Part shown: piece after piece, positions 1 to 9,986 of the stretch | Layout: each line of letters starts with the position of its first letter | Position numbering within the stretch: position 1 is the stretch's first letter | The notes under the pieces: model-generated | The model's input: the letters and a program-made list of their open reading frames with translations, nothing else | Told to the model about the DNA's origin: nothing | The model's database searches: none | Assembly: GCA_963803315.1 (NCBI GenBank) | Contig: CAWDLY010000020.1 | Location: 136,426-200,425, forward strand | Length of the DNA: 64,000 nt | Source: an uncultured Verrucomicrobiae bacterium | GTDB taxonomy: Bacteria > Verrucomicrobiota > Verrucomicrobiia > Chthoniobacterales > UBA10450 | Reading direction: 5' to 3' | Made by a program: the position numbers and the translations under genes

Positions 1-1332
1 ACAAGCGTGGCGACAAAAGGTGCTGATGAGGTCGCGGGATCGGCTCCCATGCGACGGAGAATGAATGGCAGCATCGAACCGGAGAGCGATCCCCACAGGA
101 CCACGCCAACGAGTGAGATCCCAACCGTGAGCGCGATAAGCGGCCAATGCGGCCCGTAAATTTGGCGATGAAAATATTCCTCGCCAATGATCGACCATAG
201 CGCCGACACGCAGCGCCCCGATCACCCCGAGGAAAGATCCAAGAATCAGGCCGGCCTGAAATTCGCGCCGCATCACCTGCCACCAATCACGCAGTGTCAC
301 TTCGCCCAATGCCATCGCGCGGATCATGAGAGTGGACGCTTGCGAGCCGGAGTTGCCTCCGCTGGAAATGATCATGGGCAGAAAAACCGCGAGCACGACC
401 GCGCGCGCGATCTCATCTTCATAGTTCGCCATCGCCGTCGCAGTCAGCATTTCGCCGACGAACAGAATGATCAGCCAGCCTGCGCGCTTCTTTACCATGC
501 GCAGAAGCGGAGTGCGCATGTACGGCTCGTCCAACGCCTCCATGCCGCCGACTTTCTGAATGTCTTCGGACGCTTCTTCTTCAGCGACGTCGAACATGTC
601 GTCACTGGTTACGATGCCTACGAGAACGCCGTTGGAATCGACCACTGGCAACGCGATACGATCGTATTTACGGAACGAATTTAGCGCTTCCTCCTGCGAA
701 TCGGTCACGTTAAGCGCCACGAAAGCCTCATCGCGGATTTCGCTCACTTTCGCCGTCAACGGCTTCAGCAAAAACTCGCGGATGCGCAGGTCGTCGACGA
801 GCTTGCCGCGGTCATCTACCACGTAGATGACGTTGAGCGTCTCACTATCGCGTCCATGTTCGCGGACATGATCGAGCACTTCGCTCACCGTCCAATCGTC
901 GCGCACCGCGATGAAATCCGGCGTCATCAAACGGCCGACACTTCCTTCGGGATAACCAAGAAGCGCCTGCGCCACCCGACGCTCCTCCGGCGTCAATAAT
1001 TGAATCAGCCGTCGCGCCGCGGTACTCGGCAGTTCTTCGAGAAGCGCCGTGCGATCGTCGGGCGACATTTCGTTGAGAATGCCGGCCACCTGTTCGTGCG
1101 CCATGGCGCGGAGCAATTGCTCCTGCTCCTCGACCTCGAGATATTCGAAAACGTCCGCCGCGAGCGCGGTCGGCAAAACGCGGAAGATAATGACCCGATC
1201 GTCTTCCGGCAGATCGGTAATGATTTCGGCAAGATCGGCCGGCGGCCATTCGCGAAAAATTTCGCGCAACGCGTTGAAATCACGCGCCTCGATCAAGCTC
1301 TTGATTTCGGGTATGAGAATTTTGCCGACCAT
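1..1332 (-). CDS. mgtE: Mg2+ transporter MgtE (C-terminal end runs off window start; apparent frameshift near 205-225)
   Basis: Minus-strand ORF from ATG 1332 stays open to the window edge, which is why it is absent from the ORF track. It reads MVGKILIPEIKSLIEARDFNALREIF..., then a CBS-pair region, then FLPMIISSGGNSGSQ. The last TM part (PHWPLIALTVGISLVGVVLWGSLSGSMLPFILRRMGADPATSSAPFVATL) reads in another frame. Confidence 0.8.
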   Translation of the reverse strand, partial: MVGKILIPEIKSLIEARDFNALREIFREWPPADLAEIITDLPEDDRVIIFRVLPTALAADVFEYLEVEEQEQLLRAMAHEQVAGILNEMSPDDRTALLEELPSTAARRLIQLLTPEERRVAQALLGYPEGSVGRLMTPDFIAVRDDWTVSEVLDHVREHGRDSETLNVIYVVDDRGKLVDDLRIREFLLKPLTAKVSEIRDEAFVALNVTDSQEEALNSFRKYDRIALPVVDSNGVLVGIVTSDDMFDVAEEEASEDIQKVGGMEALDEPYMRTPLLRMVKKRAGWLIILFVGEMLTATAMANYEDEIARAVVLAVFLPMIISSGGNSGSQASTLMIRAMALGEVTLRDWWQVMRREFQAGLILGSFLGVIGALRVGAMVDHWRGIFSSPNLRAALAAYRAHGWDLTRWRGPVGIALRFDAAIHSPSHGSRSRDLISTFCRHAC

Positions 1333-1452
1333 AGCTGAATGCCTCGCGAGTCTTAACATTCGCAATTCCCAAGCGCAATCACCGCGAACGCGCGCTGCGC
1401 TTCGGATTCACGAACACGGTTCGCTTTCGTTATCGCAGCTCGTTTCGCAATC

Positions 1453-1515
1453 AAGGAGCGGCGCTTTCTAAAGCGCCGTTTAATAAAATCGGCGACTTGG
1501 AAGTCGCCGCTCCTT
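1453..1515. repeat. Palindromic repeat, family E (AAGGAGCGGCGCTTTC..AAAGCGCCG ... CGGCGACTTGGAAGTCGCCGCTCCTT)
   Basis: Two nested hairpins bounded by inverted AAGGAGCGGCG/CGCCGCTCCTT ends. A second copy lies at 58317-58372 in the opposite orientation. Confidence 0.7.
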
Positions 1516-1582
1516 GGCAGCTCGTTGGCGAACGACACCTCTGCGCTTGGAATTTTCGGGAAACCGTCCAAAATTGAACGCT

Positions 1583-3728
1583 ATGTCTGCCACTGTTAGC
1601 AGCTCGATGATTCAGCGCGAAATCAGCGACGTAGGTATCTGCATGCTCATCTTCGATCGGCCCGAATCGGGTGCGAACATTTTCGACGCTCCCACGCTGG
1701 CCGACTTGAGCGAACACGTGGCTTTTATCGAAAATGAGCCAACGCTTAAGGGCTTGATCATCACTTCCGCGAAGAAATCGATTTTCATCGCGGGCGCTGA
1801 TCTCAAGACGCTGATGCGCCAGGCTGCGCGCGGCGAAATGCGCACGTTCATTGCCGAAGGCCAGCGCGTTTTCAATCGCATCGCTGCCTTGAAAATTCCG
1901 ACATGCGCCGCCATTCACGGCGCCTGCGCCGGCGGCGGATATGAAATCACGCTCGTGTGCGACTATCGCGTCGCGTCGAACGATCCATCGACCAAAATCG
2001 GTTTGCCGGAAACGACATTGGGCCTGATTCCCGCCTGGGGCGGCGCAACTCGCTTGCCGCGATTAATCGGTGTCGAAAAATCCGCCGACGTAATTCTGAA
2101 AGGAAAATTGTATCCGGCCGCGGAAGCGAAAGAGCTTGGACTCGTCGATGAAGTTGTAGCGCGCGAGCAATTGTTGGAAGCGGCAAGAGCAAAACTCCAA
2201 ACAGGAAAAAAACGGCCCCCACCCTCCCCTCTCCCTGAGGGAGAGGCGGACGGCAAAGCCGCCGGTGAGGATCAAACACGCAGCGTGTTGCAAACCGTCG
2301 GAAATCCAGCACCAGCCCGTGCCCGCGAAATCATTTCCAAAACACTCCACGTTTCGATTGACGATTCGTTGCAAATGGAACTCGACGCCATCGTTGATCT
2401 CGGCGAAACGGAATCGACGCGCAATCTGGTCCGCAATTTCTTTCTGGCGGACAAGTATCGCAAAGGCAGCTCAAAACCTGTCGCCGAGAAAGTCGCCCAT
2501 GCCGCGGTCATCGGCGCCGGCGTAATGGGTTCGGGCATCGCGCAATGGCTCAGCTCGCGCGGCGTCTCCGTGATTTTGCGTGACGTTAATGCCGAAGCGA
2601 TCGATCGCGGGCTGGCCAACATCGACAAAACTTACGGCGATGCGGTAAAGCGCGGCTTGATGAGTGAAGACGAAAGCGAAAGAGGGCCGCGCTCGCATTG
2701 TCGCTTCCACTGCACCCGTGGAAATGCGCAACGTGCAAATTGCGATCGAAGCGGCGTCAGAAAAGCTCGAAATCAAAAAGCAAATCTTTGCCGATCTCTC
2801 CGCGAAAACTGGGCCGGCTGCGATTCTCGCGACGAATACCTCGGCGCTGCCGATAGCCGAACTGGCCGCCACCACGAAATCGCCGGAACGCGTTATCGGC
2901 ATGCATTTTTTCAATCCCGTCAGCCGGATGAAGCTGGTGGAAGTAGTCGTCGGCAAACAAACCGCGCCGGAAACAACCGATCGCGCGCTCGCATTTACGC
3001 GACAGATCGGAAAGCTGCCTGTGCTTGTGCAGGACAGTCCCGGCTTTCTCGTCAATCGGGTGCTTTTCCCTTATTTGATCGAAGCTGCGCAACTCTACGA
3101 AAACGGCGTGAGCGCGAACGAAATTGATGAGGCCCTCGTCCCATGGGGGATGCCAATGGGTCCGCTTCGGTTAATCGATGAAATCGGCGTCGATATCACG
3201 ATCGACATCGCGGACACACTCGAGAAAGCTTACGGCGAACGCGATCGCGCACCGGACATTTTGCGAAAAATGCGCGAGGACGGAATGCTCGGTCGCAAAT
3301 CTGGCAGTGGCTTCTACAAATACGAGGGCAAGAGGCAATCGCCTAACGAGACGCTCCAGCAGTGGCGCAGCACCTCCAGCGGTCATCCCGAACGAAGTGA
3401 GGGACCCGACCAAGCTGGAACTCGCGGGGTTCCTCGCTCCGCTCGGAATGACAGCGAGAGCGATCTCGCGCTTCGTCTTGTTTTTCTCATGGTGAATGAA
3501 GCGGCGCGCTGTCTCGAAGAAAAAGTTGTCGCCACGGCGGAAGATGCCGATTACGGCATGATTCTTGGAACGGGATTCGCTCCCTTTCGCGGAGGACCAC
3601 TGCGCTTTGCCGATCATTTCGGCATCGCGGAAATGGTTCGCGCGGGAGACCGGCACGGCGGAAAATTCAAACCGTGCGATCTGCTGCGGCAGCACGCGCA
3701 GAACAACACCAAATTTTATGAAGATTAA
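1583..3728 (+). pseudogene. Bifunctional enoyl-CoA hydratase / 3-hydroxyacyl-CoA dehydrogenase (FadB/FadJ-like), one frameshift
   Basis: N-terminal crotonase fold, then a Rossmann motif AVIGAGVMGSGIAQ and MHFFNPV. ORFs 1514-3127 and 2664-3728 join as ...GLMSEDE|AKEGRARIVAS with a 1-nt shift at AAA 2673-2675. The probable start is ATG 1583. Confidence 0.75.
3382..3452. repeat. Palindromic MITE-like repeat (family A) inserted in-frame in the fadB-like gene
   Basis: GTCATCCCGAACGAAGTGAGGGA ... TCCTCGCTCCGCTCGGAATGAC inverted arms. It is translated as GHPERSEGPDQAGTRGVPRSARND inside an otherwise conserved C-terminal region. Confidence 0.75.
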
Positions 3729-3754
3729 CGTAGGGCGCGACGGCTCGCCTCTTT

Positions 3755-3858
3755 GTCATGTCGAGCGAAGTCGAGACATCTCTCTTTGTTTGGGATGGAT
3801 ACGGTCACTTGGAACAGTGAGAGATTCCTCGACTCCGCTGCGCTTCGCTCGGAATGAC
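3755..3858. repeat. Palindromic MITE-like repeat (family B)
   Basis: GTCATGTCGAGCGAAGTCGAGACATCTC ... GAGATTCCTCGACTCCGCTGCGCTTCGCTCGGAATGAC. It is intergenic, between the fadB-like gene and the acyl-CoA dehydrogenase gene. Confidence 0.8.
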
Positions 3859-3884
3859 AAAATTACAGCGCGCGCGCGAAACAT

Positions 3885-5813
3885 ATGAAATCACCACTCG
3901 AAGCGCCAGAGCGTCAGGTCGCAGAGGAAACAAGCGCGAAGCCGGAAAAACAAACGGCATCAGTCATCGACACTTCGAAAATGTCGGAGGGCAAGCGTGC
4001 CGCCCTCGAACTCGCCGAAGCATCACGCGATCCGCTCGACGATCGCGGCAGTTTCGCGAGCAATCTTTTTGTCGGTCGCTACGACTTCGACCGCATTCAC
4101 CCTTTTGCCGAACAAAGCGCGGAAGATCGCGCCGCCGGCGAAGAGTTTCTCACGAGTCTGAAGAAATATTTGCACGACAACATCGACGCCGACGAGATCG
4201 ATCGCACCGGCGAGATTCCGCAAAAGAACATCGACGATCTTTTCGCGATGGGCGCGTTCGGCGTGAAAATTCCAAAAGAATACGGCGGCCTCGGTCTATC
4301 GCAGGTCAATTATGGTCGCGCCGCGATGTTGCTCGGTAGTTGGGACGCAAATGTCACCGCTCTCATCTCCGCGCATCAATCGATCGGCGTGCCGCAGCCG
4401 CTCTTGCTTTTCGGCACGGAGGAGCAGAAGAAGAAATATCTGCCGCGTGTCGCGCGTCACGAAATCTCGGCCTTCGCCCTAACGGAATGGAATGCCGGTT
4501 CCGATCCGGCGAACATGAGTTTGCGCGCCGACCCCACGGAGGACGGCTCGGCCTTTATCCTTAACGGCGAAAAACTTTGGTGCACCAATGGCGTCAAAGC
4601 CGGCGTGCTCGTGGTCATGGCAAAGACGCCGCCGAAAATCGTCAAAGGCCGCGAGCGAAAACAGATCACAGCCTTCATCGTCGATGTTGATTCGCCCGGA
4701 CTCGAAATCACTTATCGCTGCCATTTCATGGGTTTGCGCGCGCTCTACAACGGGATCGTGAAATTCACCGATGTGCGTGTGCCGCGCGAAAACATGATCT
4801 CGAAGGAAGGCGCGGGATTGAAAGTTGCCCTAACGACTTTGAACACCGGCCGCCTGACGATTCCAGCGGCGTGCGTCGGCTTGTCGAAGCGCTTGCTCGA
4901 AATCTGCCGCAAATGGGCGGCGGAACGCGTGCAATGGGGCGTGCCGATCGGTCAGCACTACGCTATTGCCGGCAAAATCGCCGAGATGGCCGGCAGCGTT
5001 TTTGCGATGGAAGCGATGACCTTTCTGACTTCCGCGCTGGTCGACGGCAAAGCCGGCGATCTGCGCATCGAAACTGCCATGTGCAAAATGTGGGCGACGG
5101 AAACGACATGGCGCATCGCCGATGAAGCGATGCAGGTGCGCGGCGGACGCGGTTATGAGACGGCGCAGTCGCTCGCCGGTCGCGGAGAAGAACCAATCGC
5201 AGTCGAGCGGTTCCTGCGCGATTGCCGCATTAACATGATCTTCGAAGGCTCGAGCGAAATCATGCGCTTGTTTATCGCCCGTGAAGCGCTCGATCCGCAT
5301 CTCAAAGTCGGCGGCGCGATTTTCAATACGCAATTGCCGATGTCCGAACGGATCAAGGCGATGTTCAGTTCTGGAAAATTTTACGCGAGCTGGTATCCGA
5401 AACAGTTGTTCGGCGGCGGGGCTGGAGAGATCAAAGGTTTGCACGATGATCTTCGCGCGCATGTGAACTACGCCGCGCGCACGAGCCATCGTCTTGCGCG
5501 CGGATTGTTTCACGCCATGGCACGTTTCGGTCCGAAGCTCGATCGCGAACAACTGTTGCTTTCGCGTTTCTGCGGAATTGCTACGGAACTTTTCGCGATC
5601 AGCGCGACCTGTTCGTTTGCGCAATCGAAAATCAATCACGGCGAACCGGCAGATGAAATTCTTTCGCTCGCAAATTATTTCTGCCGTTCGGCGAGATTAC
5701 GCATCGATCATCATTTTGCCGGAACGAGCGCGAATGCCGATCGCCGCGGCTATGATTTGACGCAGGAATTGCTCGCAGGAAAGCACGAGTGGCTGCAGAA
5801 GGGAATTGTCTGA
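3885..5813 (+). CDS. Long acyl-CoA dehydrogenase family protein
   Basis: Intact 642-aa ORF. It shows acyl-CoA dehydrogenase N/M/C-domain features (GLGLSQVNYGRA, WCTNG, IFEGSSEIM) and follows the fadB-like gene, giving a beta-oxidation context. Confidence 0.85.
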   Translation: MKSPLEAPERQVAEETSAKPEKQTASVIDTSKMSEGKRAALELAEASRDPLDDRGSFASNLFVGRYDFDRIHPFAEQSAEDRAAGEEFLTSLKKYLHDNIDADEIDRTGEIPQKNIDDLFAMGAFGVKIPKEYGGLGLSQVNYGRAAMLLGSWDANVTALISAHQSIGVPQPLLLFGTEEQKKKYLPRVARHEISAFALTEWNAGSDPANMSLRADPTEDGSAFILNGEKLWCTNGVKAGVLVVMAKTPPKIVKGRERKQITAFIVDVDSPGLEITYRCHFMGLRALYNGIVKFTDVRVPRENMISKEGAGLKVALTTLNTGRLTIPAACVGLSKRLLEICRKWAAERVQWGVPIGQHYAIAGKIAEMAGSVFAMEAMTFLTSALVDGKAGDLRIETAMCKMWATETTWRIADEAMQVRGGRGYETAQSLAGRGEEPIAVERFLRDCRINMIFEGSSEIMRLFIAREALDPHLKVGGAIFNTQLPMSERIKAMFSSGKFYASWYPKQLFGGGAGEIKGLHDDLRAHVNYAARTSHRLARGLFHAMARFGPKLDREQLLLSRFCGIATELFAISATCSFAQSKINHGEPADEILSLANYFCRSARLRIDHHFAGTSANADRRGYDLTQELLAGKHEWLQKGIV

Positions 5814-5816
5814 TTT

Positions 5817-5893
5817 GTCGTCCTGAGCGAAGCGAAGGACCTCACGAATAGCACGGGGTAACTTGCGAGGCTCATCGCTTCGCTCAGAATGAC
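5817..5893. repeat. Palindromic MITE-like repeat (family A)
   Basis: GTCGTCCTGAGCGAAGCGAAGGACCTCACGA ... GCGAGGCTCATCGCTTCGCTCAGAATGAC, intergenic. Confidence 0.8.
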
Positions 5894-5899
5894 AGAATT

Positions 5900-7161
5900 G
5901 TGAAATCGATCACTATTCTGATTTGTTCGACTCTTCTCGCGGTTAATGCCGTGGGCGCTCAAATGAAATCTGCTGCATCCGCCACCAACGAGTTCGGACT
6001 CGATCTTTATCGCAAGCTCGCAACAGGTGACGGAAATCTTTGCCTCTCGCCTTACTCAATCGAAAGCGCGCTCGCCATGACATTCGCGGGAGCCGATGGC
6101 AAAACGCGCACCGAAATGGCGCGAGCACTGCATCTTCCGGAGAGCGATGACAACATTCACAGTTCTTTCGCTGCCCTCCAAAAATCGCTCGAAGCAATGG
6201 CGGAAAAATCCGAGGCGATCAGCCGGCAATCGAAAGGATACCGGCACGCCGAGCGATCCGATTACGTTAACAATCGCGAACCGCCTCTTCGCCGAGAAAG
6301 ATTACAACTTTCGCAAGAGTTTTCTGGCGTTGGTGAAGAACAACTATGGCGCTCCTCTCGAGCCGCTCGATTTCTCGAATAATCCGGAAGAGGCACGCAC
6401 GCACATCAACGATTGGGTCGCCGAGCAAACACGCAAACGCATTCGGGATTTGGTTCCCACCGGTGCGATCGACGCGGCCACGCGCATGGTCCTGACCAAC
6501 GCGCTTTATCTCAAGGCGCCGTGGGCCGATCCATTCGAAAAAGAAGCGACCAAGCCTGAGCCATTTCACGTGAAAGGCGGCGCGCCCGTCGATGTGCCAA
6601 TGATGCATAAACGCCTTGAACGGGTCGGTTACATGAAACAACCGGGATTCACTGCTGTTTGCATTCCCTATCCGGGCGCGAATTGAACTTCGTTGTTCTT
6701 TTGCCTGATGAAGTCAAAAGGCCTGGCCGGACTCGAGAAGAAATTGACGCCGGCGATGCTGGCTGAGTGCGCCAAACTCCCGCGCGCGGAAATCATTCTC
6801 TCATTTCCCAAATTCAAATTCGAGCCGCCAACGATGGCATTGAAGGAGCAACTCGAAGTGCTCGGAATGAAAACCGCCTTCGATGTGCCGCCGGGCAGCG
6901 CCAATTTCGACAAACTCGCGCCGCGTCGGCCTAACGAGTATTTGTATCTCTCGAATGTGTTTCACAAAACATTCATCGCGGTGGATGAAAAAGGAACAGA
7001 GGCCGCCGCCGCAACAGCCGCGGTCGTGGCGTTGGTGACGAGCATGGTGCAAGCCCGCCGAACCGATCGAGGTCAAAGTCGATCGCCCGTTTCTTTACGC
7101 CATCCAGCATGTCTCGAGCGGCGTCTGTTTGTTTCTCGGACGCGTGACCGATCCTCGTTAG
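5900..7161 (+). pseudogene. Serpin (serine protease inhibitor) with signal peptide, about four frame changes
   Basis: Serpin features are spread over three frames: NEFGLDLYRKL, LTNALYLKAPW, FVVLLPDEVKGLAGLEKKLTP, HKTFIAVDEKGTEAAAATAAV, and EVKVDRPFLYAIQHVSSGVCLFLGRVTDPR followed by a stop. Shifts lie near 6240, 6683, 6716-6719 and 7057. Confidence 0.7.
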
Positions 7162-7164
7162 GCA

Positions 7165-7683
7165 ATGGATATCTCGACCATCGCAAATTTCATCAACGCA
7201 TTTGCGGTCACAGCCGGCCTGATTTTTGCGGGCGTGCAAGTCCGGTATTATCGCCAACGAAGGCAGCGCGAGGCGATGCTCGAACTCGTGCGATCATTTC
7301 AAAGCCCGGCGTTCACGAGCGCGCTTCGCCGAGTGATGTCGTTACCCGATGGCGCGAACGCAGAAAAAATACGCGAAGTGCTCGGACCGGATGGCGAAGA
7401 CGCGGTCTATTTGGTTTCGCTCACCTGGGAAAGTATTGGGATATTGTTATTCCGTCGCGAACTGACATTGAATTTGGTCGACGATTTTTTCAGCGGTCCG
7501 ATTCTTCTTTCCTGGCAGAAACTCAAAACCTACAGCGAGGAGTGGCGACAGAAGCTAAATCGGGAAACCGGCTCGGAATGGTTTCACTGGTTGGCCGAAC
7601 AAATGATGGAGCGAGAGAAATCTTCGCCACCAGTTCCAGCCTATGTTGCGCACCGCGGTTGGCGCGAACGCCAGCGGAAGTAA
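7165..7683 (+). CDS. Hypothetical membrane-anchored protein (possibly DUF4760-like)
   Basis: 172-aa ORF with one N-terminal TM segment (FINAFAVTAGLIFAGV) followed by a soluble helical part. The family assignment is from memory only. Confidence 0.45.
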   Translation: MDISTIANFINAFAVTAGLIFAGVQVRYYRQRRQREAMLELVRSFQSPAFTSALRRVMSLPDGANAEKIREVLGPDGEDAVYLVSLTWESIGILLFRRELTLNLVDDFFSGPILLSWQKLKTYSEEWRQKLNRETGSEWFHWLAEQMMEREKSSPPVPAYVAHRGWRERQRK

Positions 7684-7713
7684 CCAACCGTTCGGGATGA
7701 CAAGGCGGCAGAG

Positions 7714-7778
7714 TTGTAGCTGCCGCTGTCATCAGCGGCAGAACTTTAATCCTGCCGCCGGCGACGGCGGCAGCTACA
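7714..7778. repeat. REP/REPIN-like palindromic doublet with GTAG...CTAC ends
   Basis: TGTAGCTGCCGC ... GCGGCAGCTACA with two internal hairpins. It sits between convergent genes and probably also acts as a bidirectional terminator. Confidence 0.6.
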
Positions 7779-8316
7779 ATAAATCGGCTTGCGCGGCGTC
7801 AGCGTAGCTTAAGCGACCGTCTACAATCCGCGCCGCGGAAGTAAACGGATGCGGTTCGGACTTTCTCGCGTCGACAATGTGCATTACCTCGACACCTCGC
7901 ACTTTCAGAAAATCCGAAATCAGCGCGCGATGACAACGCCACCAGACCGCTTCTGCGCACATGATCGCAGCTGGCCCAATCTCTCCTGACAATTGAAGAA
8001 GCCGTTCAATTCCATTTTGGAATTCTCCTGTCTCCATGTGATCGGCATAGCCGCGAAATGCGTCATTGCGCCAGGCCGTATTGTGCGAATCGGGTTTCGG
8101 CTTTCGTCGTCCGCCAAGTTCCGGAAAGTGTTCGTACCGAATCCCTGATTTGCCTAACGAATCGCGAAGAGCCTCTTTATTGAATTGCGGATACCGTTTT
8201 GAACCTGGCAACAAGCGAACATCAGCGATCAGTTTTATCTGATTCGCCTCGAGCGCAGCGATGAATTCATCGATCGACCGGGTCGAATGTCCGATAGTCC
8301 AAATCCGCTCGATCAT
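7774..8316 (-). CDS. DUF488 family protein
   Basis: 180-aa ORF: IWTIGHSTRSIDEFIAALEANQIKLIADVRLLPGSKRYPQFNKEAL ... CAEAVWWRCHR, which is typical of DUF488. Confidence 0.8.
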   Translation of the reverse strand: MIERIWTIGHSTRSIDEFIAALEANQIKLIADVRLLPGSKRYPQFNKEALRDSLGKSGIRYEHFPELGGRRKPKPDSHNTAWRNDAFRGYADHMETGEFQNGIERLLQLSGEIGPAAIMCAEAVWWRCHRALISDFLKVRGVEVMHIVDARKSEPHPFTSAARIVDGRLSYADAAQADLL

Positions 8317-8375
8317 AAATCTTTTGTTAGAAGTGAGGCAGTGATAACTTCCAACGGCAAACTTCGGAGGACCAG

Positions 8376-8915
8376 ATGAAAAACTATTTTGCTGCAGTTA
8401 TTGCAATAATCTCATTCGCTTTCACGATCATGGCCGCGACTGAAACTCAGACGCAACCGGCCATTGGAAAACCAGCGCCGGATTTTAGCCTAACGACTAG
8501 CGACGGCAGCCAGGTGAGCCTGAAGGATTATCGCGGTAAATGGGTCGTGCTTTATTTTTATCCGAAAGATTTCACGGGCGGTTGCACGATGGAGGCGAAG
8601 AATTTCGAGCGCGATCGCGCGAAATACGAGCCGTTCAATGCCGTCATCCTCGGCGTAAGCGTGGACTCGGCGCAATCGCACAAGGATTTTTGTGCGAAAG
8701 AAGGATTGAACTTCAAGCTGTTGGCCGATCCAGACGCGAAGGTCGCGACGGAGTACGGATCGGTCATGGATTATAAGGGACAAAAACTCGCGGCTCGAAA
8801 CACCTTCATCATCAATCCGCAAGGTGAGGTGGCGAAAGTTTTCGTGAAGGTTGATCCAACAACGCACAGCGTGGACGTGATGAAGGCGCTGGCCGAATTG
8901 CAGAAAGGCAGCTGA
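8376..8915 (+). CDS. bcp: Peroxiredoxin (Bcp/AhpC-TSA family) with signal peptide
   Basis: 179 aa with the motif GKWVVLYFYPKDFTGGCTMEA and an N-terminal hydrophobic leader. Confidence 0.85.
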   Translation: MKNYFAAVIAIISFAFTIMAATETQTQPAIGKPAPDFSLTTSDGSQVSLKDYRGKWVVLYFYPKDFTGGCTMEAKNFERDRAKYEPFNAVILGVSVDSAQSHKDFCAKEGLNFKLLADPDAKVATEYGSVMDYKGQKLAARNTFIINPQGEVAKVFVKVDPTTHSVDVMKALAELQKGS

Positions 8916-8919
8916 TGTT

Positions 8920-9004
8920 TGTAGCGGCGGTCTGTGACCGTCGCACTTTTTTCGATCGCACAATCCCAGGCGAAATAATGTGACGGTCATAGACCGCCGC
9001 TACA
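8920..9004. repeat. REPIN-like doublet (TGTAGCGGCGGTCTGTGACCGTC ... GACGGTCATAGACCGCCGCTACA)
   Basis: Two inverted ~23-nt REP-like units with GTAG/CTAC termini, immediately after the bcp stop. Confidence 0.7.
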
Positions 9005-9052
9005 GAAGAGGTGGAACTGAGTTGGCCTTAGCTGCGAGCGAGTGAATTAATT

Positions 9053-9919
9053 TTGTCGCGCATTCGCATCAGTAACGGTGGCGCCTCCGGCTCACGAAAA
9101 ATCGCCATCGCCGCGGGCGTGCTCGCGGGGGTTTGCGTTTTGGTAACGATGTTCGCTAATTTGCCCGACCAACTGCTTCTTTTTCCAACAACGCAGGCGA
9201 TTGATCCGCACGGTGCAATTCGGAAAACGGTCCCATTCGAGAATGGTGAGCTGGAGTTGTGGACGGCGCGATCGCGTCTTGCGCAACAACGTGGTGGCGC
9301 TGAAATCTACGTGCTGCGATTTTACGGTAACGCGGATCGTGCCGAGCGCTGGGTCGCGGCTGAAGCCGAGATGTGGAACGAGCGTCCCGCGGAAATTTGG
9401 GGAATGAATTATCCGGGATTTGGCGGCAGCACCGGCCCGGCGCGCCTGAAGCGGATCGCGCCCGCGGCGATGACTGCGTTCGATGCGCTCCGGCGCGAAG
9501 CTGGGGAACATCCGATCGTGCTTTTCGGCGCGAGCATCGGGACTGCGCCAGCGCTGCATATCGCGGCACATCGACAAGTCGCCGGCTTGATTCTGCACAA
9601 TCCGCCGCCGTTGCGACAAATGATTCTACGCCAACACGGCTGGTGGAATCTCTGGGTATTGGCCGGCCCGGTGGCGGCGCAAATTCCATCCGACCTCGAC
9701 AGCATCGCAAACGCGCGCGCGGTGCATGCGCCGGCTATTTTCCTGCTCGCAGAGCAGGACGAGATTGTTGCCCCGCGTTTTCAACATCTCGTGGTCGACG
9801 CGTATGCTGGAGAGAAGCGTCTCATTACGTTGCGCGGCGCGCATCACAATAGCCCGCTTGAAGGCGCGGCCCTCGCAGATTTCTACAACGCGGTCGATTG
9901 GCTCTTGCCCCCAAGGTAG
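9053..9919 (+). CDS. Alpha/beta hydrolase family protein
   Basis: 288 aa with an N-terminal TM segment, a nucleophile-elbow-like FGASIGT, and a C-terminal HH/D region. Confidence 0.65.
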   Translation: MSRIRISNGGASGSRKIAIAAGVLAGVCVLVTMFANLPDQLLLFPTTQAIDPHGAIRKTVPFENGELELWTARSRLAQQRGGAEIYVLRFYGNADRAERWVAAEAEMWNERPAEIWGMNYPGFGGSTGPARLKRIAPAAMTAFDALRREAGEHPIVLFGASIGTAPALHIAAHRQVAGLILHNPPPLRQMILRQHGWWNLWVLAGPVAAQIPSDLDSIANARAVHAPAIFLLAEQDEIVAPRFQHLVVDAYAGEKRLITLRGAHHNSPLEGAALADFYNAVDWLLPPR

Positions 9920-9969
9920 GGGCGGTTCACCGAACCGCCCGCGGGCGATTGAGGTCAATCGCCCCTACC
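9917..9969. repeat. REP-like palindrome (GTAGGGGCGGTTCACCGAACCGCCC ... GGGCGATTGAGGTCAATCGCCCCTAC)
   Basis: GTAG...CTAC-bounded double hairpin between convergent genes. Confidence 0.6.
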
Positions 9970-9986
9970 TGTTGCAGCCGCCTGTC

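Noticed and set aside
187-1338. Several plus-strand and alternative-frame ORFs (187-684, 560-826, 1000-1338, 845-1249 and others)
   Set aside because: All overlap the clearly homologous minus-strand mgtE reading frame. Their Arg/Ser/Ala-rich translations are typical shadow ORFs of GC-rich coding DNA.
4830-5639. Long antisense ORF (269 aa) inside the acyl-CoA dehydrogenase gene. Similar cases lie at 15253-15921, 21583-22086, 32224-32979, 38395-39138, 39720-40628, 47544-48320 and 61815-62417.
   Set aside because: Each lies opposite, or out of frame with, a gene that has strong family signatures. They have low-complexity, Arg-rich composition and no recognisable motifs.
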